Positions 1 to 11,926 of a DNA stretch of 33,069 bases are shown here, piece after piece. The position numbers and the translations under genes were made by a program. The stretch lies in contig NC_068983.1 of the NCBI RefSeq assembly GCF_001194135.2, positions 117,353,188 through 117,386,256 of the forward strand. Reading direction: 5' to 3'. The stretch comes from Octopus bimaculoides (lineage: Eukaryota). The number at the start of each line of letters is the position of its first letter. Within the stretch, counting starts at the first letter, position 1. The notes beneath the pieces were generated by a model, which saw only the letters and a program-made list of their open reading frames with translations, was not told the origin of the DNA and ran no database searches.

Positions 1-630
1 CCCAAAGAAAAAGGAAAAAAGAGCGAGGCACGGCCGGCGCTCGATAGTGCACCACCGGCGTGTCCCGACACTCCGTTGGTGGGAATTGTGCCGCCGACAG
101 TAGAAGCTGTGGGCTCACCCTGTGAGGAAAAGGATTTGCTGATCTTATTCCGAAAGGGAGGGGCCCTGCAGAAATTTGTGAATAAAAGGAAGCGTCGGAG
201 GGAGGGAGTCCTCACCTGTACGAAGGATCCGGACTGGCCTCCGCAGGTGACTGCGTAGGTCGTGTCGGGTAGTCACATAAATACGGTGATGAATTCCTTC
301 CCCATTGACGAATTCAGTATTGCAAAGTGGCCCGACCCACACCCATCGTGGTGCTTGAGAGAAACGATGAATATATCGGGCGAAAAAACGTAAGTGGACG
401 AGCGCCTCATATTGTGTAATGAAAAATTGTAAGAGGCAAATGTCTTAATATATGACTTTGTATGTACGAGGTTCATAGCCTCAATGTGAAAATTTAATTT
501 TAAAAGAACAGTATTATAGAGAAGCAAACTTCGGCGGGCGGCTTTTGCCTTCTCCCATTATACCATCATATTTATCATCCATTTCATCTCATTAATGTGT
601 TCGTCTAGCCCGCAGCTACTCTGTATACTG
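1..630 (+). mobile_element. Probable LINE (L1-Tx1-like) fragment: ORF1 C-terminal region and inter-ORF spacer
   Basis: GC-rich island against an AT-rich background. Frame 1 is open from base 1 to TAG at 258 (PKEKGKKSEARP...KRKRRREG...DPDWPPQVTA), followed by a decayed frame (…ANVLIYDFVCTRFIASM…FKRTVL) and a pyrimidine-rich spacer. No catalytic motif is visible, so the family call is tentative. Confidence 0.3.
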
Positions 631-656
631 CCTTTATGGCAAATCAAATGAAATAA

Positions 657-804
657 AGTAGGTTGCTTGCCAACCACATGGTTCCGGGTTCAGTCCCACT
701 GCGTGGCATCTTGCGCAAGTGTGTTCTACTATAGCCTCGAGCCGACCAAAGCCTTGTGAGTGGATTTAGTAGACGGAAACTGAAAGAAGCCCGTCGTATA
801 TATA
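657..804 (+). mobile_element. Octopus-type tRNA-derived SINE family A, 5' half; runs into gap
   Basis: aaccacatggttccgggttcagtcccactgcgtggcatc...agacggaaactgaaagaagcccgtcgtatata, with a B-box-like GGTTCAGTCCC. Clearly homologous to 7605-7953. Confidence 0.8.
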
Positions 805-2321
805 NNNNNNNNNNNNNNNNNNNNNNNNNNNNNNNNNNNNNNNNNNNNNNNNNNNNNNNNNNNNNNNNNNNNNNNNNNNNNNNNNNNNNNNNNNNNNNNN
901 NNNNNNNNNNNNNNNNNNNNNNNNNNNNNNNNNNNNNNNNNNNNNNNNNNNNNNNNNNNNNNNNNNNNNNNNNNNNNNNNNNNNNNNNNNNNNNNNNNNN
1001 NNNNNNNNNNNNNNNNNNNNNNNNNNNNNNNNNNNNNNNNNNNNNNNNNNNNNNNNNNNNNNNNNNNNNNNNNNNNNNNNNNNNNNNNNNNNNNNNNNNN
1101 NNNNNNNNNNNNNNNNNNNNNNNNNNNNNNNNNNNNNNNNNNNNNNNNNNNNNNNNNNNNNNNNNNNNNNNNNNNNNNNNNNNNNNNNNNNNNNNNNNNN
1201 NNNNNNNNNNNNNNNNNNNNNNNNNNNNNNNNNNNNNNNNNNNNNNNNNNNNNNNNNNNNNNNNNNNNNNNNNNNNNNNNNNNNNNNNNNNNNNNNNNNN
1301 NNNNNNNNNNNNNNNNNNNNNNNNNNNNNNNNNNNNNNNNNNNNNNNNNNNNNNNNNNNNNNNNNNNNNNNNNNNNNNNNNNNNNNNNNNNNNNNNNNNN
1401 NNNNNNNNNNNNNNNNNNNNNNNNNNNNNNNNNNNNNNNNNNNNNNNNNNNNNNNNNNNNNNNNNNNNNNNNNNNNNNNNNNNNNNNNNNNNNNNNNNNN
1501 NNNNNNNNNNNNNNNNNNNNNNNNNNNNNNNNNNNNNNNNNNNNNNNNNNNNNTATATAGTGGCTTCATGCAAACTTCACTTAACAGTTCAACAGCACTT
1601 TTCTCACGGTAAAAATTAATTTTTCTGTGGGCGACACCAGTTACATTTGTCCATGCACCTTCGCTAAGTAAAATAATGTCTCTACTACTTGACCCTTCTA
1701 ACATTTTCCAGGCCACCAAAAGTTAGAAATAACAGACCCCCACAACGAAATACATTGTTCTCAACAATATGCCTATCTTTCTAACTGGTTTTGGTTAGTT
1801 ATAAATACTAGAATTTGGTAAGGCAAAATCAGTTAGTGAGAGCGACGATCAATTAGTGAACGGACAACTAGAGTCATGGCCACAAGCAGGCAGCCATCAA
1901 GGACAAAACGTCCAGAGGGAGAAAGAAGGTTACAATCAGCCAACTATGAGACACAATTTCACTAGCTCAATTTGTTTTCTCTTTCAACATCATTCTATCA
2001 CTATCTATGGTTTACTATTACAATAATAACGTGTACACACATACCGGCCGAAATGAACTCTTTACTTCGCATGATTTTACATTTATTAATTATACATACC
2101 AATCCGTCGTGGTTTAGGATATATACAAAGTAACCGTAAGTAAATATTTCTTTACAACTTCGATCACTGTTCTTCGTTTATCTTTCACATTTGCAACATC
2201 AACACCCGATACAATTGCTAACTGCCGACTCCAACATATATAATGATGCAAACCATTACACGGGCGACCCTCGACTGCAATGAATAATAATATTGCCGTT
2301 ATATATATATATATATATATA

Positions 2322-2490
2322 TTCTTCCTCCGTTTTTCCATTCTTTGAACTTTCCTTGTTTCCGACGAAGTTCTCTGCCCGAAACGTCATACTCTCTCTC
2401 TTTCCTTTCCCGAGCGTCTAATAACAGTGTCTGTATCACGTCCTCACGTTGTTGTTTTTTGTTATTGTTTTTTGTCTTTTTTTTAATCTA
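2322..2490 (+). repeat. Short interspersed repeat flanked by (TA)n, containing a hammerhead-like core (Penelope-type relic)
   Basis: CCGACGA(2362-2368)-12 nt-GAAACGTC(2381-2388)...gagcgtc. Homologous to 13960-14053, which has the same spacing and downstream gagcgtc. Confidence 0.5.
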
Positions 2491-3269
2491 TATATATACA
2501 TATATATATATACATATACGTACATATATATATGCATATAAGAAGGTGCCTTGTGTGCCCTTATGATAAATAGAAATTTTATTTCTATAGCTACCTAATG
2601 CTATTTAAGGCCTGCAACCACATATAATATTGTTGTTGTTGTTATTATCAACTATTTATATTTACCACAGATAATAATAACAATAATAATACCTAAATAA
2701 ATATACATTTCTGAATATTTACTCCTTAGTATATTTACCTTGAAGCTGTTCTGATTTTGGCGCAAAAGAATTCAGAACGCCGGCAGGCTGCAACGTGACG
2801 AGTTTTTTCACTTGTTAAAACTTGCCGATGAAAGGCTTTTCGCTAGGACTGGAAATCATGATTCAAGTGTATCCAAGTACCAAAACATATAGTATTGAAC
2901 TCTCTTAGTATGTTAACATTCTTTAACCCGTTCGCCCGCTTCCTGTTATTTTTCTGTTGAAATTTTTCATTGCTATCGGTGGTTTAACTGAGGGTTTTAA
3001 CCCCTCTTTCTAGNNNNNNNNNNNNNNNNNNNNNNNNNNNNNNNNNNNNNNNNNNNNNNNNNNNNNNNNNNNNNNNNNNNNNNNNNNNNNNNNNNNNNNN
3101 NNNNNNNNNNNNNNNNNNNNNNNNNNNNNNNNNNNNNNNNNNNNNNNNNNNNNNNNNNNNNNNNNNNNNNNNNNNNNNNNNNNNNNNNNNNNNNNNNNNN
3201 NNNNNNNNNNNNNNNNNNNNNNNNNNNNNNNNNNNNNNNNNNNNNNNNNNNTATTGGTGTTTTTAAATA

Positions 3270-4191
3270 TTGGGTCATCCCATAAATAATACTGCCTTTT
3301 TTTATACAGCTTTTATTTTTCAAAATTAAGATAAAAAAATATTCTTTTTTAATCTAAAATATACTCTTCTTCGTTTTCTACAATTGTTTTCCATCTATCT
3401 GATAGACTTGCAAGGTCCCTCTTCCAAAAATCATTTGTCTGTGACGTAAAATACTCCCCAGTACTGTTCTGACCTCGTCTACAGAATTTATATTTTTTCT
3501 GTCCAAATGATTTTGAAGACTACGGAATAAATGGTAATCAGATGGGGCAATGTCCAACGAATATGGTGGGTAAGGCATCGTTTCCCATTCAAAGTGCTTC
3601 GTCTTTTGAAATTTCACCTCGCTGTATGTGGCCAAAAATTATCCTGATGGAAGAACCCCTTTCGTTTTGAAACCAAAGGTAGCCGTTTTTCTTCAAGCGC
3701 AGATGTCAATGAATAGTTGAACTACCAAATCCAAGCTTCTCTGCTAGTTCCTCAACAGTTACGATGGGATTTTGTTCCACCAGGTTTTGCAGAACGACCT
3801 CTTTGACCTCTACAGATCTTCCAGGACGGGGTTCGTCTTCTAGACTGTAGATTCCGGCTTGGAATTTCAGGAATCACCGTTGACACTGGCCTACGCTCAT
3901 TGTCCGATCCCCATATACTGCATTAATATTCCTCGCACTTTCTGTTGCGTTGTTGTCTTTATTCAACTCATAAAGCAAAATATATCGAATATGCAACTTT
4001 ATCATTTCCATTATAGATTTGAAAAAAATAACCGTTAAAATCAAACTGCACTCTTCAAAACTTGCACTAAGAATAAGTACAAGGTAAAATTACTACCTGC
4101 TTTTCTAGCAAGTTGATGCAAGTAGTTTACCCTGTACCCCTCCGATTTTTCATGCAATCGAAAATATTGCATTATTTATGGGACGATCCAA
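3270..4191 (-). mobile_element. Non-autonomous mariner (DD34D) transposon, internally deleted, 922 bp
   Basis: TIRs ttgggtcatcccataaataat / attatttatgggacgatccaa, TA duplications at 3268-3269 and 4192-4193. Decayed transposase MEMIKLHIRYILLYELNK...EDEPRPGRS...FFHQDN...HFEWETMPYPPYSLDIAPSDYHLFRSLQNHL. Confidence 0.92.
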
Positions 4192-7100
4192 TAGATGCTT
4201 ATAAGTAGAGGTATAATTAAGAAATCCTTTGTTTAAATTTACATTCCAACATGATTATGTAAACTGTAATTGCTTCTATTTGATTGTGATGTACAGAGGT
4301 GACCTTTGACTCATAAATTACTGCTTCTACGTTAGTGGAGTCTACGTTGTTATACACCTATAATATTGAAGCAATAATTTGTGAAGTAGATGTCTACAGA
4401 CTTTGCATGGTCTAGCTTGGATAGGATTACCCCATATAATAATAGTTTAGATTGGTCCGATTTATGTTTGACTGAAAAGGAAAATAAGACTGAATATCAC
4501 TAAAGAACAAAAGAGTCCAGTCACATTGTAAGATTCATTAGAATGTCAGATAGATTGGTCTGCAGTAGTTATCACTCCGGCTCTCTGCAGTAAGCTCATG
4601 TCTCGCCGAGAGGAACATAGCCTTTCACCCAAGGATTAATAGGTAAGGTACGAGCCTGTACTGATTTTTTTCTTAGTATTTGTTTTTGCCTACCTGTCCG
4701 TGTCTCTTATGTTCTGAAAACATAGACTCGGTTTACACCTAGGAAGAAATCGTTTCCGCTAGGTCTAAAAGACACACCGTATGTCATGACAGTATTTCTA
4801 CGACTTCTTCAATAAGTTGAGAGCTGAAAGCAAATCAAAGCCAAAATAAACAACAAAAACTGATATCCGCTTATAGACGCAGTACAAAATTCTTTCTGTC
4901 TCATTTTGGGATAACTGACAGAAACACTAGTGACGCTAGACATTGTGCAATACATCATAAGTGTATCTTTTTGTTTAACAGCTATGACAAAAATCCGCTG
5001 AAGAGTGACATTTTAAACATAGAAATACCGTCTGACCACTTAAAACAAAACTTGAAAGTTCTTGACGCCAGTACCAATATCTTTTAATAGGAAAAATGAG
5101 TCTTCGAAAATATATTTTGTGGAACGTAATGTTTTTTTAAAGAAAGCATTGAAAGAGTGAACAATGTTTGGGGGTTTTACGTTATAAGATTTAAAAATTC
5201 AAGAAATGAAATTAATCACAAACAATGATCTTGTAAAACGATTTTTCTTATGAAAAATAATCTTTCATGGTAGAAGGTTGACATCAGACTTTGAGAGTTT
5301 ACTATATATATAGTGAAACCAGTTAATAAGTTAATAGCTGGATGATAAACATAAAGGTCAAATTCAGTGCGTTTTGTGATATTATTGCCGTTGAACTGGC
5401 ACTGGAGAATGTTATAGATTTTAGAGGTCCAAGTAATCGTTCTATTGATTCTGGCAATGACTTCATTATATTCGTGATGTTCGTAATGGAGTTCAAAATG
5501 TTAGTACATATTAAAGTATTATTACTACTAATTCTGCAATGTCTTATGATCAATAATCTAAGCAGCAGTTATTGTTTCTCAATATGCACTACGACCCAGC
5601 AGACCTATGATAAATGGACATATTAGTTGTGACTATCCAGCTTGTTTCAGATAGAGCTTATCTGGGATCGCATACGCCAATGTCTTTACAGTTTTTAAGA
5701 AGGGAGGAACAGATTTAAAGATGTGGCTGTTAATTCTAAAACGCAGAGCAACCACATAGTTCCCTTTTCGGTTTCCCACTCACTAGTAGTAGCATGTTAC
5801 TGAAAATTTCACACATTTTCGTTCATGCAAATTTCGGTGTCTTAGAATTTAGTCCTATCTTGCAGTATATTTGGGATTCTGATTTCACATGTCATCAATT
5901 CTACCCTTTCGGTTTAAATTAATTAACGATGTCCTACTGTGATATAAAAATAAAAACAATATGAATGTGATTAGTTAAATACTATTAAAATACCCAAATA
6001 TTAAGACATCAGTTTATTTAAGTATTCTAGCATTACATCGTAGTACATCGTCATTGGAAGTAAGAGATAAATATAGTTCTAAAATCATTTGCCATTTAAG
6101 ACGCAGATGTTCCTTTTACAGAATTTTCTAAAGTGATAATTACCAGAAGAATCCTGCTGATATTCAATCACTCTTGTCACTTCCAATATGTGTGCATCCC
6201 AGCTTCGCAGGTACAACTCTTTTACTACTTTTTCTAATGAAATAATTTTATATGTTATTCGCTTAAATAACGAAATTTATAGGGAAACCATCCAAGTGAC
6301 TGTGATTGTAATCATTTTTTATTGTTTATGTTGAAACGAAGCTTAACAAAATTGGGAGTCAATCCTTCTACTAAATTTGTTGTTTGTTTTATGATTGCCA
6401 AGAAAAACATTTCAATTGGTACAAACAAATACCACGTACATAAAAACCAGTGTTCTCAGCTGAATCAATGTGGTATAGAACTTTTTATAAACTCTCTTAC
6501 ATGAATTTCAAATAAAATGACTACAGAACTAGCCAAAGCAAACGTTTCTATCCTAAACTTTATTATGTATTCCTTAGCCCATGTTTGATACGTAATGACG
6601 AAGATAGGAAGACTTTTTCCCTTGTAACCGAAGGTCATTCATGATATTTTCTCTAATATATGTTTCAAATTTGGCTATTTTTTCTGGTGGTAAACTTATA
6701 CTCTTCTGTCCTAAATTTACAAAAGCACAAATAACTCATGTAAGCCATGCTGCTGACCAAGAAGAAAGTTCATCAACTTTATATTTACACAAATAATATA
6801 TTGATGATCTTAAACAGCTTTCATGTTAATAGAGTAACTAGTTGTCATTCAGCTATGCACATGGCTGCTATGTAAAAAGGTATTTTAAACTCCATTTGGA
6901 AGGGTTTAGGAAAAGACTCTAATCATTTATCATATATTTTAGTTCACCAAGTTTCTTAGGAAGAGCTGAGACAATATTGTAGAACACTAGGTTATTGTAC
7001 TTCCAGAAGATGGGCAGCAAATCATCTTCCCGTTTGCAATAAATTACAATATTGGTTCTAGAATAAATTAACTTTTTTGATCCAAACATCGATTCAGAAA

Positions 7101-7604
7101 TCACGTCTGCAGGTTTAGATATCTCAACAACTATTTTCCTTACTATAGATATGTCGTGCGTCATTAAACAGGACGTATAGACATTATCATAAATAAAGCT
7201 AACAGGTATTTGAAAGATGAAACAGCTTCTTCATTTGAATGGAGATGTCTTCCTGAAGATTCTAAATCAGTGTGTGTCCACTTCGAATATTTAGACTGAT
7301 GCCCTTCATGTTGTCAAGAAACCAATAAAATAATCATTGATTTCTTTCTACTAAACTATTCGTGCTTTAAGTTTCAGTTAGATCCTCCATTCACTTGCTC
7401 TGCGCAAGTTTACATAGAATACGAGAAGCTTTTAACTTATCTTGATCCTCAACATGCACTGTAAAATAAGCTAACTATACGTTGATCAATAGATCACCAT
7501 TTGCTAACCACAAACGTTATGAACTACCCCAATGTTAAAGATATTGGGGTAGTTCATGCATCTATCTCTTCAATGTACCTTTCTTTTAGGCCCGTTTTTT
7601 ATTT

Positions 7605-7781
7605 GTGTGGTAAGAAGCTTGCTTCTCAACCACATGGTTCCGGGTTCGTCCCCACTGCATGCCACCTTGTGCCGACGAAAGCCTTCTGACTGGATTTGGC
7701 AGACGGAAACTGGAAGAATCCCGTCGTATATATATGTATATATTTGTGCGTGTGCATTTGTGTATGTATTTGTCCCCGCCA

Positions 7782-7821
<40 letters not shown>

Positions 7822-7953
7822 GCTTGTCAGCCGATGCTGATGCGTTTATATCTCCGTAACTTAGCGGTTCGGCAAAAGAGACCGATAAAATAAGTACTAG
7901 GCTTACAAAGTATAAGTCCTGGTGTCAATTTCAGACGACTGAAACAAGTAAAA
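7605..7953 (+). mobile_element. SINE family A, near full length with an internal (CA)n microsatellite
   Basis: tRNA-like head (ggttccgggttcgtccc), central TA/GT/CA repeat, 3' part cgtaacttagcggttcggcaaaagagaccgata...gactgaaacaagtaaaa; followed by (TA)n at 7976-8016. Confidence 0.85.
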
Positions 7954-7973
7954 TAATAATAATAAAAATAAGA

Positions 7974-8017
<44 letters not shown>

Positions 8018-10238
8018 CATTTTCCTTGATCAGTAAACAACGTTATTTCTGCTGATGTGAATTTTGTTTGTACTACACTGATCTGATCGTTTATGAGTAG
8101 TGATGTAAAGCAATTCATAATGTTTATAACGCAGTTAATGGTAAAGCTGATTGTTGTTTTTCTCTTTGAATAGACTCATGCAGTGGTGCAATGTTGTAAG
8201 AGACATTACTGATTTCTTATTGAGATATAGCTTATGCTATTCATAGCGTTGATTATCCAAAATAACAAAACTTGTAAACTTCGATTTTCCATTTCTGTAC
8301 CGAAGTTCCGCCTGTAATTTCTAAAATTAGTTTTTCTCTGTTTACTTCAACTATTTATGTTCAAAACATTGCCAAATGTTGCCACCAACTTTATTGTTTG
8401 CATGCAAATATCATTCGATTTAGCATTTTTATAATGTCGGTACTTAGTGACTAGCTTCAAATCTATTTTATCACGGAATGTCTTGCAATTATGAAACAGC
8501 AATATCGCAAGGATTTAAATGTCCATTGCAGACTTCTTTTATTGACAATTAGAATATGCTTGTATTATAATAATTCTAACAATGAGAGCTAGAGATAAGC
8601 TTTCGATCCGCTACATTGCCTGTCAGGCTTTGATGTCAAGTTGAGCTCATTTCATTTCTCTTATACAAATATCACTAAGAAAGACATCCTGTTTACTCAC
8701 TCCTACAATTTGTATTGTCTCCTAATTCTCCCAAGTGAACAAATAAAATTTTTGCATTAAAAATGTATTGGTATTGTCATTGAGAAGCTTCAAATCAGCT
8801 GTGGTCAAGCAGAATTGTGACATGTCGATAGCCGACCAAATGAAAAGATGCTTCTGTAATTTTTATTTTTATTGTTGTCGATGTGATATGAATCTGCCAT
8901 GGTGAAAACCATTTTCCGCGTCCAAATCATAAGGCAGTGATGTAGTTTTAGCATGTACTCTGTTAACTTTACAGTCTATTTCTGTATGTCTTTTGTTAAT
9001 TTTTCTATTTTTCTTTTTTTACTGTTTTGTAATCTCAGTTGAACCTTAATCGAGAACTTTGATCATAGTCATTCCAGCTGTGACCATCCTGTGCGAGGAA
9101 TGTCCAGGATTACATGATTCAATGTGTCTTTTCCGTATTTAAGTTAGTTTCATTTGATTCGAGGGAGATATGGTTGCTATTATTAACTGATAGGGTAACA
9201 ATGCATAGGTTCTCTCATAGGTGCTGCTATATGGTTTCTGATACAATACCAATATCTATATGCATGAAAGAAGCCGGCAGCTGCTACTGTTTGTTTTAAC
9301 CATTCACACGCCTTTTATTTTCAGTATTTTTGTTTCGAATTATACACCGTATATATTTTTTGTCTAGGTGTTCCTCCTTGTATATGGCGTTTGGTTATAG
9401 TCTGAATGCTCTCACTGTGTTCACTTTAGTTCATTGGCGTTCGCTGTAAAGAGATTGGATCTAGGTTGGCATAATTCTTTCATGGGTCAAGTATATGGTT
9501 TGTACAACATAGCCGTTGTTTCTTTTTATTGGCTAAGTAAATTGTCATTTATCCTTCTTTGCTGCAAATCTCTTTGTGTATCTCTGCATTTCTTAAAAGT
9601 TTCTCCCATTCAATACTAGTCCTATAGATAGCATTATATAACTACTTCAAATTTTTCAAGGTCTCGTTAAGCGTGTTGTTTAAAAGAACAAGTATCATTA
9701 TACAAGCAGCAATTTTCCTGTTGTGTTGACGTCGACAAATCGCTTTATACATGGAAGATATTCATAGCAATTTGTGTATTTCTCACTATGTTCTATTACA
9801 TTTGGTGATATTTAAGAATTTTAATATACTGTGCACTAAAATATTTTGAATACTCAAATATTACGAAAGTTGTTGAAAGAGGGTAACTTATGCATTATTT
9901 TAGTACTGATTGTTATCTTGCCTGTCAGCATATATATATATATATTGTACGCTTCTTGCAGTATTAAAATGTTAAAACTCTTATTTCTTGCAATATAGGT
10001 ACTTCGATTAGTGACGATAAAAATTTTCTTTTATGGTATTATATAGTTCCTAGCTGTTTATATTAATTATTCATATACGCATTAACATTTCCTGAAATCA
10101 GCCATAAATTTTTATGGTAAAACTATATATACTGACAGCCGAGTTTAAGCAAATCATCGAGCATTTGAACAGTCACTAGTGACGAGCCTACAATTGATAG
10201 GCGAAACTAGATTCTCATATGGAGGTTATCTCCCCTGT

Positions 10239-10285
<47 letters not shown>

Positions 10286-10295
10286 NNNNNNNNNN

Positions 10296-10331
<36 letters not shown>

Positions 10332-11076
10332 CGACCTTCTTACGGCATTAAGAATTGTTAACCCCTATGTCTTGCTTCGGCAGCCGCAGTCACAATTAGT
10401 GACGATAACATTTTTCATATACATATATATATATATATATACACACACACAAACATTACAGACATATGCAAGAAGTACTGAAAACGTAAGTGGTATTTTT
10501 TAACTATACATAAGGCACATATTCTTTAGAATGCCGTCCACCGTCAAGTGTATGAATCTAAAGATTCTCTAATATGACAAAATACAAATTGCTCACTTCG
10601 TCAGCACTACTGGCAGAAATACACAACACGAAGAATGTATCTCATTAAGCTAATAATAAGTACAGCTAGGTTATAATAAGAGAATAGAGAAAGAAAAGTG
10701 TAAGTGTTACAGAGAGTGAGCGAGGAATGTTATAGAGATGAAAATGGGATGGCCATCAAAGCCACGCCTCACCTAGGGAACTCCCGTTTGCTCATACGTA
10801 CTCACACACTCTTGCATAAGCACACATAAGCAAATATGGTACTAAGAAAAAAGGAGAATGGAAGAGACTGATTTCAGGAAACATATTATCAAAAGTAAGA
10901 AAGTTAGTAGTAATAATATCAATAATTTTATATTAACTTTAGCATTAAGAATGATAATAAGTATAATAATGTAAATATTAATAACAATAACTATAACAAT
11001 AGAAATAGTAGTAATACTGTTGAACCAACGGTGAATTGAGCGGCTATCACCACAACCGAAACAATAACAACAACAA

Positions 11077-11226
11077 TTTTTTCTACTATAGTCACATGAC
11101 CTGAAATTTCGTGGGAGCGAGTAAGCTGATTACATCGACGGAATTTGAACTCAGAAGGTATAGACGGACGAAATGCCGCTAAGCATATTTCGCGGAGTGC
11201 TAACGATTCTGTCAGCTCACCGCTTT
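11077..11226 (-). mobile_element. SINE family B copy 1, internally deleted
   Basis: Reverse strand reads gcggtgagctgacagaatcgttagcac...gagttcaaattcc|gtcgatgtaatc...; it lacks the central segment present in copies 2 and 3. Confidence 0.8.
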
Positions 11227-11270
11227 AACAATAATAATGATGATAATAATAATAATAATTATTATTATCT

Positions 11271-11469
11271 TTATTTCTACTCTAGACACAAGGCCTTGAA
11301 AATTTTGTGAGAAGGGGGCTAGTGCGTAACTGGTACTTGTTTAATCGACCCCGAAAGGATGAAAGGCAAAGTCGAACTCGGCGGAATTTGAACGCAGAAC
11401 GTAGCTGCAGACAAAATACCGCTAAGCATTTCGTCCGGCGTGCTAACGATTCTGCCAGCTCGCCGCCTT
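11271..11469 (-). mobile_element. SINE family B copy 2
   Basis: aaggcggcgagctggcagaatcgttagcacgccgg...gcgttcaaattccgccgagttcgactttgcctttcatcctttcggggtcgattaaacaagtaccag...ggccttgtgtctagagtagaaa, flanked by (ATT)n. Confidence 0.85.
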
Positions 11470-11509
11470 AATAATAATAACAGCAACAGCACCACCAATA
11501 ATAATATTT

Positions 11510-11747
11510 TTTTTTATTTCTTTATTGCCCACAGGGGGCCAAACACAGAGGGAACAAACAAGGATAGATAAAGGGATTAAGTCGATTACATCGATCCCGG
11601 TGCGTAACTAGTACTTATTTAATCGATCCCGGAAGGATGAAAGGCAAAGTTGACCTCGGCGGAATTTGAATTCAGAATGTAGCGGCAGACGAAATACCAC
11701 TAAGCATTTCACCTGGCGTGCTACCGATTCTGTCACCTCACCGTCTT
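11510..11747 (-). mobile_element. SINE family B copy 3, with an alternative 3' tail
   Basis: Same head and body as copy 2 (B-box-like GAATTCAAATTCC), but the tail is tttgttccctctgtgtttggccccctgtgggcaataaagaaa. Confidence 0.85.
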
Positions 11748-11925
11748 GATGATAATAATAATAATAATAATAATACGAAGAAGGAGGAGGAAGAGGAGGA
11801 GGAGAGGAGGGGAGAAGAAGAAGAAGAAGAAGAAGAAGAAAGAGGGAGCAGGAGAAGAAGAAAGAAGAAGAAGCAGAAATAGAAGAAGAAGAAATAATAG
11901 CAACAACAACAGTAGTAGCAGCAAG
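11748..11925. repeat. Compound triplet microsatellite (AAT)n-(GAG/GAA)n-(AAC/AGT/AGC)n
   Basis: Seen directly; it produces the poly-I/R/K/L ORFs in the track. Confidence 0.9.
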
Positions 11926-11926
11926 C

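Noticed and set aside
644-1719. Long ORFs in the track spanning N runs (also 2997-3323 and 19830-20297)
   Set aside because: Artefacts of translating assembly gaps as X.
2114-2290. Minus-strand frame weakly resembling a Tc1/maT transposase segment (VMV...VKINEE)
   Set aside because: Too short and degenerate; no TIRs found.
2735-2900. GC-elevated segment with a minus-strand donor CAAG|GTAAAT
   Set aside because: No recognisable peptide and no compatible partner exon.
7605-7660. tRNA-like A/B boxes in SINE heads
   Set aside because: No complete cloverleaf, and each is embedded in a SINE body, so not tRNA genes.
7556-7893. ORFs rich in YI/CV/HT repeats (also near 10.2, 11.7, 13.3, 18.3-19.0, 25.9 and 28.1-28.8 kb)
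   Set aside because: Translations of microsatellites; no coding signal.
11077-11747. Repeat-spacer appearance of three similar units
   Set aside because: These are diverged 150-240-nt SINE copies separated by microsatellite, not a CRISPR array; the context is eukaryotic.
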